From contig OX597829.1 of assembly GCA_951406725.2 (NCBI GenBank), forward strand, positions 16,306,001 through 16,370,000: DNA of 64,000 nt, given 5' to 3'. Positions 39,921 to 53,800 of this stretch are shown piece after piece. Both the position numbers and the translations under genes were made by a program. The DNA comes from Octopus vulgaris. Its lineage: Eukaryota. How positions within the stretch are numbered: the stretch's first letter is position 1; each line of letters starts with the position of its first letter. The notes under the pieces were generated by a model, which worked only from the letters and a program-made list of their open reading frames with translations, did not search any database and was not told where the DNA came from.

Positions 39921-41290
39921 ATACAAATACACACACACACACACATGCATATATAAATATCCCTTTTACAAAAGAACCCCATCAGTATTGATTACTAGAT
40001 GAAAAATACAAACACACACAAACAAACAAGTGCACACACTCAAACACACTGTGGTCTTCTTTCAGTTTCCGTCTACCAAATCCAACCACATGGTTTTGAC
40101 CAACTTGGAGCTGTAGCAGAAGACACCCGCCCAGGGTGCGTCGCAGTGGCACTGAAGCCATGACCATGTGGTTGCAGAGCAGACTTATTTACCACCCAGC
40201 CACAGTTGTGCTTCAAATGCTATACCACATAATTTCAATCGCGTTTACATATAAAATTGCTAATTATATAATGAAATGAATAATTAATTATTTTGTTTTA
40301 CAATATTGTATTTGTGTGAGAATGTATATAACAGGAATGTATACAAGTGGGTGTACATGTGCAAGAGTTCTAGTTACATTTAGAATATAAAACTGGTTAC
40401 AAGATGTGAGAAAAGTTTGTGTTAAATTATAATGAATTTTGTTGCGGCTTTGTGATAAGAAGTGTGCATCCCTACGATATGGTTCCAGGCTCGGTCTTAC
40501 TGTATGATACCTCAGGCATGTGCCTTCTGCCACACAGCCCCAGGACAACCAAAGTCATGTGAGTGAATTTCATAAAAAAAAAAATACTTAAAAAGAAACC
40601 TGTTGTAAGTATGTGTGTGTGTGTGTGTATGTGTGCATATATGGATATCTATGTGTATGTATATATAAACGTGGTTGTGTGTGTTTGTATGTGTGTGTGT
40701 GTGTGTGTATTTGTGACTTTGTGTGTGTGTGTGTGTTTATGTGTGTTTGTGTGTGTTTGTGTGTGTATGTGTGTGTGTGTGTATATATGGATATCTATGT
40801 GTATGTAGATATAAACGTGGTTTTGTATGTGTGTATTTGTGTGTGTGTATGTGTGTGTGTTTGTGTGTGTGTTTGTGTGTTTGTGTGAGTGTGTGTGTGT
40901 GTGTGTTTGTGTTTGTGTGTGTGACTTCGTGTTTGTCCTCCACCACTGCTTCACAACTGGTGTTTGGCTGTAATGTAAAATTTCAGTGAGAAAGGCCCTG
41001 TGGATTAAGTTCCAGGCTTAAAAGAACAAGCACCTGAGGTTGATTTCTTTGGGCAAAACACTTTAAGGCAGTACCCCAGCATGGCCACAATCTAATAACT
41101 GAAACAGATAAAAGACAGAAGTTGGCAGATATACATAAATGTGTATGAGTATGTGTGTGTATGTATACACATAGACACACACACACATACATATTTATAT
41201 ACATATATATATATATATATACTCACACACACATAATATGTGTGTGTATATGCGTGTGTGTGTTGGCATGTATTTCTGGCCTATATACAT

Positions 41291-41340
<50 letters not shown>

Positions 41341-41453
41341 TTATGTATATATGTATATATATATATATGTGTGTGTGTGTGTATATATATACGTACATAT
41401 ATATATATATATATATATACATATACATATGTACATACATGCATACACGTATG

Positions 41454-41485
<32 letters not shown>

Positions 41486-41521
41486 TACCTACATATATAT
41501 ATATATACAGATACATATTTG

Positions 41522-41555
<34 letters not shown>

Positions 41556-41618
41556 CATGGTGGGCTTCTATCCGTGTTTGTCTACGAAATCCACTAACAA
41601 ACCTTTGCCTTTAATTGA

Positions 41619-41650
<32 letters not shown>

Positions 41651-42085
41651 AAAAAGAAAAAAAGAAGGAGCACAGGAAGACAGGAAAGAGGGAAACCCAA
41701 TAAGAGAGGAATTCAAACGGTAAAAGATATGTGAAAGAAACGATGTAATAGTACAGCGAACGATAAAGTGCAACGCAGGAGAACAACATGAAGAAATAAG
41801 GAAAGAAGGAGGAAGAAGCAGATAAGAAAAATGTAGTTTGCATGAAAGAAAGAAATAAGGAAGGACAAAGTGAATGAAGAGTGAAGAAGAGTAAAAGGAA
41901 TATTGAGAAATGAGGAATTTATTGGATAGATTAAGCTCATGCATAAACTGTGTGGCAAGAAGTTTACTTCCCAAAATTAAGGTTCCAGGTTCAATCCCAT
42001 AGCATGGGCATGTGTCCATTTACTATAGTCTCGTTGACCAAAGATTTGTGAATAGATTCGGTATACGGAAACTGGGAAAAAAAAG

Positions 42086-42146
<61 letters not shown>

Positions 42147-42246
42147 AATACATATATACATATACATATATACATATACATATATACATATATGTATATG
42201 TATATGTATATATGTATATATGTATATGTATATGTATATATGTATT

Positions 42247-42305
<59 letters not shown>

Positions 42306-42464
42306 GCATATATACACATATATGTACAGACATATATAACTATACATACATATACATATATATATATATATGTATATATATGTATATGTATATGTGTGTG
42401 TATGTGTGTGTACACACATACATATATACACATATATGCACAGACATATATATGTGTGTGTGTA

Positions 42465-42519
<55 letters not shown>

Positions 42520-42903
42520 ATACATACATTACTATTGAATGACTAGAGTACACTCAGAGTTACTCATCTAAGATCATCAGCTGGGAAACCGAACATGGTT
42601 TTCTGTTGAAATATTCATTATTTAAATTTTTTTTTTTGAAATATGAAAGGAAAATTTGAAGAAAATACTCATCATTGTGTTTTTTTTTTGTTTCAAAATC
42701 CTTTTGTGAATGACATGCGAAAACGGCTGATTGAGGGCCACACTTTATATTTATTTCTATATATATATGTATATTATATTCAAATCAGTGCCCCAGCATG
42801 AGCTCAGTCTAATAAATGAAACATGTAAAATATGAAATATACACATATATGTGTGTGTGTCTGCGCGTGTGTGTGTGTGTATACTTATATATATGTGTGT
42901 ATG

Positions 42904-42936
<33 letters not shown>

Positions 42937-43127
42937 ATGTGATATATGATATATATATAGAGAGAGATAGATTGATAGACAGACAGGCAGGCAGGCAGGC
43001 AGTCAGACAGATAGATGGATAGGTAGAGAGACTGATGGACAGACAGGCGGACAAACGGACGGAGGGATGGACTGATGGACAGGGGTGTAGATGGTTGGAG
43101 GATGGATAGACAGACAGACAGCCAGAC

Positions 43128-43220
<93 letters not shown>

Positions 43221-43222
43221 CA

Positions 43223-43255
<33 letters not shown>

Positions 43256-43279
43256 TCATACATACACACATTCATACAT

Positions 43280-43321
<42 letters not shown>

Positions 43322-44086
43322 ACATATATATATATATATCTGTGTCTGTCTGTCTTTCTTTCTATATATACATACACACACGCACAAACACACATATACA
43401 TGCATGTGTGCATATACACATATTACACACACACACACACACATATATATGCGTGTGTGTGTGTGTGTGTGTGTAATATGTATATATATATATGTGTGTG
43501 TTTAATATGTATATGTATATATATACACACATGTAGATAGGTAGGTTGATAAAGCTATCTGCCAATATAACATTCTGTTTGTGTATTTACAAACAACACA
43601 TCGATCTATAGATAGACGTTCATTTAGTCACATGTACGCCCACGCATTCTGTCCTCTTCAACGTAAAGATGCTTCACTACCTGTCTTCCTCTCTCTCTTC
43701 CTCTCTCTCATTTCCTCTCTCTCTCTCCTTTCCTCTCTCTCTCTCTCTCCCTCTCTCTTTCTCACAGTCAGTCAACCACACTTTCTTTCAACATACACAC
43801 TTTTTTCTAGAGTACAATAGGAACTGTAATTACATCCATCCATCCATCCATCCGTTTATCTATCTCTCCCCCTCTCTCTCTCCCTCCCCCCTCTCTCTCT
43901 CTCTATCTATCTATCTACCTAATTTTCTTTCTTTCTTACAATCTTTCTGTCTATCATTCTATCTTTATATCCATCTGTTTATCTATTTATCTGTTTACGT
44001 ATATTTCTTTCTTTCTGTCCATCCATCCATCCATCTATCTATCTATCTATCTATACATACATACATACATACTTACATACATATAT

Positions 44087-44145
<59 letters not shown>

Positions 44146-44234
44146 TCTGTCTGTCTGTCTGCCTGTCTACCTTTCTTTCTATCTATCTTTCTTTTTTTCT
44201 TTCTCTCTCTCTATCTATCTATTGTCTACCTATC

Positions 44235-44265
<31 letters not shown>

Positions 44266-44281
44266 CTATCTATCTGTCTAC

Positions 44282-44363
<82 letters not shown>

Positions 44364-44364
44364 G

Positions 44365-44426
<62 letters not shown>

Positions 44427-44694
44427 CAAGTAGAGGAATGTTCAACAAGAATATGTACTATTAACACAATCCTAAGGCAGAGCATGTGACAAGTGTATGA
44501 CGTCTGTAATTTCAAAGTACATGTACATTCTTGGGTCATCAGTGACATGATGGAGATCTCAACAGACTTTGTCGCGATGTTCTTTTTGACTTAGTGGTCA
44601 GCAAGCAGGGGACAAACTTGGCATAGACATGCTGCATGTTCAATTCAGACAGTAAGATCCATCTGACAGACCAAGAACAACAGCAATGTTGCTG

Positions 44695-45058
44695 TTGATG
44701 CTGTTGTTGTCGAGCGAACGGTCTTCGTTCCAGCGGTCACAAGATGGGAGAAGTCCGAAATGTGGTCCTTTGCTATTCGTAAGACCCGCAGAAGAGAAAG
44801 CAGGTCAACCCCCGACACCGAGAGCATCGACGGATGGATGATTGCAAAGGAAGTCGAGGACAAGGAACAGGAAGAAAGAGTGAGAGAAAGTTGGAGCGAA
44901 AGAGTACAACAGGGGTCGCCACCACCCCCTGCTGGAGCGTCATGGAGCTTTAGGTGTTTTCGCTCAATAAACACACACAACGCCTGCTCTGGGAATCGAA
45001 ACCGTGATCCTCCAACCGCAAGTCTGCTGCCTTAACCACTGGGCCATTGCACCTCCAC
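44695..45058 (-). mobile_element. SINE family D (second tail type) with TSD
   Basis: 13-bp repeat agcaatgttgctg (44682) / agcaatgctgctg (45060). Homologous to 62776-63151. Confidence 0.85.
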
Positions 45059-45369
45059 TAGCAATGCTGCTGACTGTTCTGTGATGATCCTGATGTATTT
45101 TCTGATAAATTTTCTCCACATTTTTAAGGACTAAACTTGTAGCAGATCTTCCAGATCACTCATTGTCCTCCGGGGACATTCCTCCACTTTTGAAGCACTC
45201 GTGCCACTTGTAACATCATGTACAACCCGTTGCCTAATTGCTGTAAGCTTGCCAAAGCATGCTCAAAGTCTCTATGGCAGACTTCTCAAGTTTAACATCA
45301 AATTTCACATAGGCACTTTGTTCCAGCTTCATGTCCATGACAAAAATTGCAGACCACAGCGTACACATT

Positions 45370-45735
45370 ATCATCATCATCATCATCATCGTTTAACGTC
45401 CGTTTTCCATGCTAGCACGGGTTGGACAGTTCGACTGGGGTCTGGGAAGTCAGGAGGCTGCACCAGGCTCCAGTCTGATCTGGCAGTGTTTCTACAGCTG
45501 GATGCCCTTCCTAATGCCAACCACTCCCATGAGTGTAGTGGGTGCTATTTACATGCCACCGGCACAGGTGCCAGGGGAGGCTGGCAATGGCCCCAATCGG
45601 TTGGTGCTTTTTACGTGCCACCGGCATGGAAGCCAGTCAAGGTGGCGCTGGCATCGGCCACGTACAGATAGTGCTTTTTACATGCCACCAGCACAGGTGC
45701 CGGAGGAGGCTGGCAACAGCCACAATCAGTTGTGA
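45370..45735 (-). mobile_element. RTE LINE 3' UTR copy (family C)
   Basis: (cat)n tail, conserved block and ~3 units. Confidence 0.85.
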
Positions 45736-46129
45736 TCACAAAAACAGAAATTTCACAACTTTTGAAGTAAACACAGGGATGTCACTCAGCACAATGCCTC
45801 ATGAAGCTCTCGCTGTGATGATCCGGGAACTTTTTGATGGCACATCATATATAACTACACACACACACACACACACGCCACCACCACCACCACCAACAAC
45901 AACAACATCATCATCATCATCATTTAACATTTATTTTTCATGGGTTGGACAGCTTGACCAGGAACTAGGAAAATAAAGGGTTGCTAGACAAAGGGTCTGT
46001 TTCAGCATGGTTTCCACAGCTAGATGGCCTTCTTAATGCCAACCACTTTACAGAGTATATAGGGTGCTTTTGAGTGATACTAGCACTAACGATAATGCTT
46101 TGGTTACACACACACACATATATATATAT

Positions 46130-46463
46130 GGGGAGAGCCCCTTCGGTCATGACTGACCATGGGATTGCATCTAGAAAGTTACCCTCCCAGGAGGAACAAG
46201 TCTGAGCAAGGTTGTTTATGGAAGACCAGCAGTCACCCATGCATACCGGCCTCCCATCTCCAGCACACCAGTGTTATCCAAGGGAAAGACAAAGGCCTAT
46301 ACAGCTTGGAACCAGAGTGATGTCACAACTCATTTCTACAGCTGAGTTAACTGGAGCAATGTGAAATAAAGTGTCTTGCTTAAGAACACAACATGCAGCC
46401 CGGTCCAGGAATCAAACTCACAACCTCACGATTGTAAGCTCAACGCTCTAACCACTGAGCCTT
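46130..46463 (-). mobile_element. SINE family E
   Basis: Homologous to 8761-9094. Confidence 0.85.
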
Positions 46464-46473
46464 CATGTGTAAG

Positions 46474-46524
<51 letters not shown>

Positions 46525-46595
46525 TGTGACCTCGTCTGTATCACTAGCGATTTTTTTTCCCCCTGTCTTCCCTTCTCGGGATCTTTCCTTCTCCT

Positions 46596-46634
46596 ATGTT
46601 TCTGATGAAGAGCTCCGCTCGAAACGTCAAACGT
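46596..46634 (+). ncRNA. Minimal type I hammerhead ribozyme (Penelope-like) in a (TA)n-flanked element at 46521-46728
   Basis: atgttt-CTGATGA-a-gagc tcc gctc-GAAAC-GTC-aaacgt: stem I 6 bp, stem II 4 bp, palindromic ACGT stem III. Predicted cleavage after 46628. Confidence 0.75.
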
Positions 46635-46723
46635 CTTCCCTTCTTTCCTGAGCATCCAATAATACCTTATTTGTTCCACGTCCTTGCGTTGTTGTTTTTT
46701 TGTTTTTGTTTTCTTGTTTGGAT

Positions 46724-46757
<34 letters not shown>

Positions 46758-46762
<5 letters not shown>

Positions 46763-47310
46763 TGTCCAGGCTATTTTTGACAAATTTTTTGCTTCCTTTT
46801 TACAAGAACAGCTTGCTGTATTGATCAATAGTTAATATCTTTGTAGGGCATAAATTTTAAAACTGTAGTTGAGAAAAGGTTAACCGGCACAGAGGACTAG
46901 AAGCCATCTGAATATTGGAAAGGAGTTACCTGTATTCTGATGACTCACACCTGTATTCTGATGTCTGCTTAATGGTCTGTGAATATTGTAAATGTGGTAA
47001 GACACGCCATGGAGAACAGCAATGGAAAGTATGAAGCTGTGGCCTGCAGGAAGGGACACAGCAGGCATTCTTACAGCTTCCACACAATGGAATTCATCCC
47101 CACATCATTGAGCAGGGCTCTAGACTCAATCCAGATGGGTATGTGAATTTGCTAGAGACTGTGGTCAAACTCTGGCAGGGGAGGTTTCCCACAAGAAGAC
47201 CATATGTGTGGTAGCAGGGTTCAGCTCCTTGTTATACCATCAAAAAGAGTCAGAATTAGTTGTAGGTGAACTTCTACAACTACCCCAGCTCCAATTTCTA
47301 GTTCCTAATT
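46758..47310 (+). mobile_element. Heavily decayed maT copy
   Basis: Aligns by eye to the 10684 and 14297 copies (gaagccatctgaatattggaa; gctagagactgtggtcaaa; YVW*QGSAPCYT). Confidence 0.65.
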
Positions 47311-47323
47311 ATAATTATATATA

Positions 47324-48124
47324 AGGAGGCTGCACCAGGCTCCAGTCTGATCTGGCAGTGTTTCTACAGCTGGATGCCCTTCATAACGCCAACCACTCCA
47401 TGAGTGTAGTGGGTGCTTTTTACATGCCACTGGCACAGGTATCACAACTACAATTTCCATTTGATTTTTTTTATGTTGATGTATTTGACTCAATAGGTCT
47501 CCTCAAGCACAGCAGGTCGCCCTACAGTCCAAAGTAAGCACAGCAGGCCATCCTGCGATCCAAGGCACTTTGGATGGGCTGGGCCTTCTATGTGAAGCTG
47601 GTGCAGGAAACAGCCATGAATTCATGTTATTTGTTGGGTTTTCGAAGTCACAGCATATCTCCAGAGGTCTCGATCTTTCGTCAATGCCTCTGATAGACCC
47701 AACATTCGAAGGTCATGCTTGACCATGTCATCCCATGTCTTCCTGGGTCTACCTCTACCCAAGATTCCTTCAACTGTTTGGGAGTGGCACTTCTTCACAC
47801 ATCTCTCCTCATCCATCCATAGTACATGACCACACCAGCACAGACGTCTCTCGTGCACGCCACATCCAATGCTTCTTATGTCCAGCATTTCTTTCAGGGC
47901 GCTTACACTTTGTCATGTGAGCACACTGACATTACATACCCAGCGGATCATGCTAGCTTCATTTCTTTCAAGCCTACGCATGTCATCTGCAGTCACAGCC
48001 CATGTTTCACTACCGTGAAGCATGGCAGTTCACATGCTTCATACAATCTACCTTTCACTCTGAGTAAGAGACCCTTTGTCACCAGTAGGGGTGGGAGCTT
48101 TCTAAACTTTGCCAAGGCTATTCT
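47324..48124 (-). mobile_element. 5'-truncated RTE-clade LINE: ORF C-terminus plus family C 3' UTR
   Basis: AKFRKLPPLL..KGRLYEAC/MLHGSETWAV..RRLCWCGHV..GRGRPRKTW..DRDLWR (one frameshift, one stop), followed directly by the family C block. Confidence 0.9.
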
Positions 48125-48264
48125 TAATCTAGTGGTAACTATATATATACACATACACACACAAACACACACTCATATACATACACATATCATCATCTTT
48201 GTTTTTAACGTCCAGACTCCAATATAGTATGGTTTCTATGGCTGGATGCTCTTCCTAATGCCCT

Positions 48265-48298
<34 letters not shown>

Positions 48299-48359
48299 TT
48301 TTTTTCAGAATGAGATAAAAAAAACAAGTCTGTGAAGATTTTAGAACATTTATGAATAG

Positions 48360-48407
48360 GTCTTACTCCTGTTTCCAGAATATTTATTGTATCCCTTCAT
48401 CGGAGAC
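48360..48407 (-). ncRNA. Hammerhead-like motif, U4C variant, in a small element at ~48300-48520
   Basis: gtct-CCGATGA-agggata caataaa tattctg-GAAAC agga GTA-agac. Confidence 0.55.
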
Positions 48408-48943
48408 GGAGTGAAAAAATGGTTAAGCAATAGTTAATTTAGATAAGATACTTTCTGAGACCCAACTCAAATCTCATATAACACATGCTATGAGAATTTG
48501 ATGTGTGTTATTCAATTTAGAAACAAACATACAGGCAGAAGCATGGCTGTAGGCTTACAAAGCCCATTTTACAATTCATGGTTTTGTGTTCAGTCCCACG
48601 ATGCAGCACCATGGACAAGTATCTTCCACTATAGGCCCAGGGCTAATCAATTCCTTGTTAATGATTTTGGTAGATGGAAACTGAGTGGAAGCCTGCCATG
48701 TGTATGTGTGTGTGTGTGTGCATGTGTGTGTGTGTGTGTATGTGCAAATAGAAGAAAAGGTCCTGCTAGAAATAGCAACCAAATCTCCCTAGATAGATAG
48801 ATAGATACCTACCTACATACATACATACATACATACATACATACATACATACATACATACATGCATGCATGCATGCATGCATACATACATACATACATAC
48901 ATACATACATACATACATACATACATACATACATACATACATA

Positions 48944-50229
48944 CAGGGTGTCCATAAATTTAACAATTTTAAAAAATTATTACAAAGGCAGTTGAGATAT
49001 TTTAACCAGATTTGTTTTATTTTAATAATTGTTTATTAAAGTTTTTATTGATATTAGATTTTTGTCTTTCAGATACTCTGTTGATGGAAGGAAACTGATT
49101 CACTGAACCCCTTTAAAAAGGCTACTCCTCATGAAAAGGCACAATGTGTATCCTGGTTTATTGAGTCAAAATCGGATGTTCAGACTCAACGAAACTACAG
49201 AACTAAGTATGGAAGAGATCCACTATCACGTCCTTCAATTCGTGCATGGCACAAGAGATTTATGGAGACAGGGACAGTGTTGGATAAAGGGAGGAGCAGG
49301 CGACCAAGAACATCTGATGAAAACATGGATCGTGTTTCAAAAGCCTATTCTCCTACAAAGTCCATCCGCACTGCTGCCAGACAGTTACAACTACCACGTT
49401 CAACAGTGCACAAGGTCCTCCACAAGAACTTACGGTTGTACACACGCTTGAGCCAAAACAAAAAGAGTTCGCACTCAATATGCTGGAACGCATTTCTGAC
49501 GATGAAGCATTATTACTCAAGCGAGTTTGTTTTTTAGCGACGAAGTGACTTTTCATGTTTCAGGGAAATTAAACGGACACAATGTGAGAATCTGGGGATC
49601 AGAACACCCCCATGTGACTAAGGAGCTTCAATGGGATAGTCCAAAAGGGAATGTGTGGTGTGAAATCATGTGCAATCGAATAATTGGTCCATTTTTCTTC
49701 AACGAGGTAACAATTACTGCACCTTCTGACCGAATATGTGGCACCACAACTGATTGATTTAAAACCAACCATCATTTTCCAGCAAGATGGTGCATCACCA
49801 CATTTGGGACGGCATGTTCATCAGTTCCTTTATCAAACATTTCCAGACCGATGGATTGGAAGAGATGGGCCAATTCCATGGCCATCGCGTTTGCCAGATA
49901 TCACTCCTTTGGACTTCTTTTTATGGGGTTATGTAAAAGATATCGTGTATCAAACAAAGATACGGGACATTGCTGACTTGAAGCAAAGGATTCCTAATGC
50001 CATTGCCACCGTTGATGAGGCTATCCTACAGCGAACATGGCAAGAAATCGAATACCATCTTGATGTGCTTCGCGCAACTAATGGTGCCCATATTGAGGTC
50101 TATCAAATAACAGTTAAAAAAACTTTACTAAACAATTATTACAATAAAACAAATCTGGTTAAAACAAATCTTGTCAACTGCCTTTGTAATAAAATTTTAA
50201 AATTGTAAAGAGACTTTATGGACACCCTG
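48944..50229 (+). mobile_element. Near full-length DD41D (rosa/Visitor) Tc1/mariner transposon, 1286 bp
   Basis: TA TSD and terminal cagggtgtccataaa / tttatggacaccctg, extending to an imperfect IR of >100 bp. Confidence 0.93.
49118..50105 (+). pseudogene. DD41D transposase, frameshifted, start codon lost
   Basis: HTH region (SIRTAARQLQLPRSTVHKVL), FSDE, FQQDGA, then 41 residues to the D of DITPLDFFLWG. Confidence 0.9.
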
Positions 50230-50592
50230 TATATTTACTTATATGTGTGCATCATTGTATTTGGCACACACCACCACTTGACAACTAGTGGTGGTGTATT
50301 CATGTTCCCATAACAGTTCAGTACAATAGACTGATAGAAAAATTACCAGGTTTTAAGAAGAAAATAATTACTGGGGTTGTTTCATTTGACCAAAACCTCT
50401 CAAGGTAGAGCCCCAACCAACCACAGCCCAATGACGTGTGTGTGTGTGTGTGTGTGTGTGCCTGTGTGTGTGCGAGTGTAAGTGTGTGTGAGTGTAAGTG
50501 AGTGTGCATGTGTGTGTGTGCATGCATATTTCATTTCATCTAGTTTCAGCTCATGAGTTGTGGCCATGCTGGGGCACCGCCATTATATACTC

Positions 50593-50866
50593 TTTTACTT
50601 GTTTCAGTCATTTGACTGCGGCCATGCTGGAGCACCGCCTTTAATCGAGCAAATCGACCCCGGGACTTATTCTTTTGTAAGCCCAGTACTTATTCTATCG
50701 GTCTCTTTTGCCGAACCACTAAGTAACGGGGACATAAACACACTAGCATCGATTGTCAAGCAATGCTAGGGGGACAAACACAGACACACAAACCCCCCCA
50801 CACACACATATATATATATATACATATATACGACAGGCTTCTTTCAGTTTCCGTCTACCAAATCCA
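50593..50866 (-). mobile_element. SINE family A, 5'-truncated
   Basis: Matches the 3' two-thirds of 7726-8127. Confidence 0.85.
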
Positions 50867-50880
50867 ATATATGTTGCAAG

Positions 50881-50933
<53 letters not shown>

Positions 50934-50934
50934 T

Positions 50935-51623
50935 AAAAACACCATCCAAAGACCCGGCAAGACTAGTCAGGCCATAACCCGTGGCCCCTACCTGGGACGT
51001 AGTCAGTCCACCTGTGCATACCTTCCTTCTTATGACACTTGTGAAGACCTGTTGAGGCAAGTATGTGACACTTGTGAAGACCTGTTGAGGCAAGTGTGTG
51101 ACAGTTGTGAAGACCTGTTGAGGCAAGTGAAAATCAAATCAAACCAAATCAAAATAGATGAACATCAATGGAATTTGTATCTTTGTGGCACACAAGAAAA
51201 CCATCCGAGCGTGGCCGTAGCCAGTACCGCATCGACTGGCCTCCGTGCTGTGGGCACGTAACAAACACCATCCAATCGTGGCCGTTCGCCAGCCTCATCT
51301 GGCACTTGTGTCGGTGGCACATAAAAACACCATCCGAGCGTGGCCGTCTGCCAGCCTCGTCTGGCACCTGTGTCGGTGGGACATAAAAAACACCATCCGA
51401 GCGCGGCCGTTCGCCAGCCTCGTCTGGCACCTGTGTCGGTGGCACATAAAATCACCCACTACACTCTTGGAGTGGTTGGCGTTAGGAAGGGCATCCAGCT
51501 GTAGAAACACTGCCAGATCTGACTGGCCTGGTGCAGCCTTCGGGCTCCCCAGACTCCAGTTGAACCGTCCAACCCATGCTAGCATGGAAAGCGGACGTTA
51601 AATGAGGATGATGATGATGATGA
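50935..51623 (+). mobile_element. RTE LINE 3' UTR copy (family C) with an extra 33-bp triplication (51033-51129)
   Basis: gacacttgtgaagacctgttgaggcaagt three times, four minisatellite units and (gat)n tail. Confidence 0.85.
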
Positions 51624-51640
51624 TATATATATATATATAA

Positions 51641-51822
51641 TGGGGAGAATTCACAAAAAAACAAAAGACAAAGACAGGTGGTGTAGACAACAAGCAGATT
51701 GTATTAGCATAATGCTCGGGAAGTGAAATAGTCTTTAACGTTTCAAGCCTACACTCTTCCACAGAAAGGAACAAGGAGAGAAAATAAAGAATGTGTAGTG
51801 GCTAGCGATCTATCATGGCAAA
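51641..51822 (-). mobile_element. Family F element with CUGUGGA hammerhead variant (51733-51768)
   Basis: Minus strand cttt-CTGTGGA-a-gagt gtag gctt-GAAACGTT-aaag. Confidence 0.6.
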
Positions 51823-51865
51823 TGATATATATATATATAATCTTGTTTTGCGCTTATGTACTCAC

Positions 51866-51948
<83 letters not shown>

Positions 51949-52090
51949 CCCATGCCAGCATAGAAGGTGGACGTTAAATGATGATGATGATGATATGTGT
52001 GTGTTTATCATCATCATCACTTTCATATATATATATATATACATACACACATAAAATCCATTCACGCACAAATCCTAGCACCATTTAATA

Positions 52091-52121
<31 letters not shown>

Positions 52122-52726
52122 GTTTCTCTCTCCCTCTATCTCTATCTCACTCTCTGTTTCTCTCTCTCTCTATCTCTATCTCGCTCTCTGCCAAATGCAT
52201 CTTACATATCTCTATCTCTCTCTATATATATATATCTATATATACATCTATCTCTATATATACATATTCTCTATCTCTATATATACATATTCATCACCCA
52301 CCTCTGCTCGCGTCCGCCTCCTCCACTTCCACTGTCTCTTTACCTGCTGTCTATTGCCGTCTTCCTGCCTTTCTCCAAGTACAATTAACCAGCAAATATC
52401 ACTAATTTTCTGACGTATACATAAATATTTACACGTGTATCTGCGTAAATTACTTCTTCGTACTACTTCATCTATGTTATATGGGTCTCGACTCACGCGC
52501 ACGCGCATACCCAAACACATATAATGGCACGTATGTTTGTTTTATGTACACCACACACTCACATAAGCATACAACCATAAATACGCACATGTAAACACAC
52601 CAATACATAAACACATCCACATACCCATATATATATATATATATATGCATACATATATATATATATATATATATATACATACATACATATATATATATAC
52701 ATATATATACATACATATATATATAC

Positions 52727-52777
<51 letters not shown>

Positions 52778-52781
52778 CATA

Positions 52782-52823
<42 letters not shown>

Positions 52824-52824
52824 G

Positions 52825-52911
<87 letters not shown>

Positions 52912-52956
52912 CACACATAGAATCCATTCACGCACAAATCCTAGCACCATTTAATA

Positions 52957-53032
<76 letters not shown>

Positions 53033-53403
53033 AAGTGCATCTTATATATATATGCATGTATATAATAGTATTTATGTGTTTATGAGTGTGTGTGTGTGTG
53101 TGTGTGTGTATAGAAATCCTTTCTCTTTCATCTTTTATTTGTTTCACTTACTGGACTGTGGCCATACTGGAGTGCTGCTTTGGCGGATTTTATTCAAGTG
53201 AATCGGTCCTATACTTTCTTTTTATCTTTTATTTTTTTTATTTGTTAAAGTCACTGGACTGCGACTACACTGGAGGCACCATCCTGGAAAGCTTTAGTCA
53301 AACAAATCAATCCCAGTACTCTTTATAGCAAGGAAGGTTGCTACATCAATATAAGGTTCTGAGGTCACCAGTGTGGTTGTGTTATTGATACTACCACCTT
53401 AAC

Positions 53404-53800
53404 GAAGGTGGTGAGCTGGCAGAAACGTTAGCACACCGGGCGAAATGCGTAGCCGTATTTCGTCTGGCATTACGTTCTGAGTTCAAATTTCGCCGAGGTC
53501 GACTTTACCTTTCATCCTTTCGGGGTCGATAAATTAAGTACCATTTGCGAACTGGGGTCGATGTAATCGACTTAATCATTTTGTCTGTCCCCTCTGTGTT
53601 AGCCCCTTGTGGGTAGTAAAGAAATAGGTATTTCGTCTGCCATTACGTTCTGAGTTCAAATTCCGCCGAGGTCGACTTTGCCTTTCATCCTTTCGCGGTC
53701 GATAAATTAAGTACCAGTTGGGCACTGGCGTCGAAATAATCGACTTAATCCGTTTGTCTGTCCCCTCTGTGTTTAGCCCCTTGTGGGTAGTAAAGAAATA
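53404..53800 (+). mobile_element. Dimeric SINE B with a single 14-bp TSD
   Basis: actaccaccttaac at 53390-53403 and 53801-53814. The second monomer lacks the first ~50 bp. Confidence 0.9.

Larger units (their letters stand above)
44432..45848 (-). mobile_element. Decayed mariner remnant interrupted by SINE D and a family C copy
   Basis: Minus strand ILLSELNMQHVYAKFVPCLLT (mariner WVPH-like motif) near 44590-44660. End sequence gtgccatcaaaaagttcc. Confidence 0.6.

Noticed and set aside
42545-42595. Minus-strand CTGATGA..aactctgagt hammerhead-like trace
   Set aside because: The GAAA core is absent and the stems are degenerate.
52076-52090. tagcaccattt resembling the miR-29 5' end
   Set aside because: The match stops after 11 nt and no precursor hairpin is evident.
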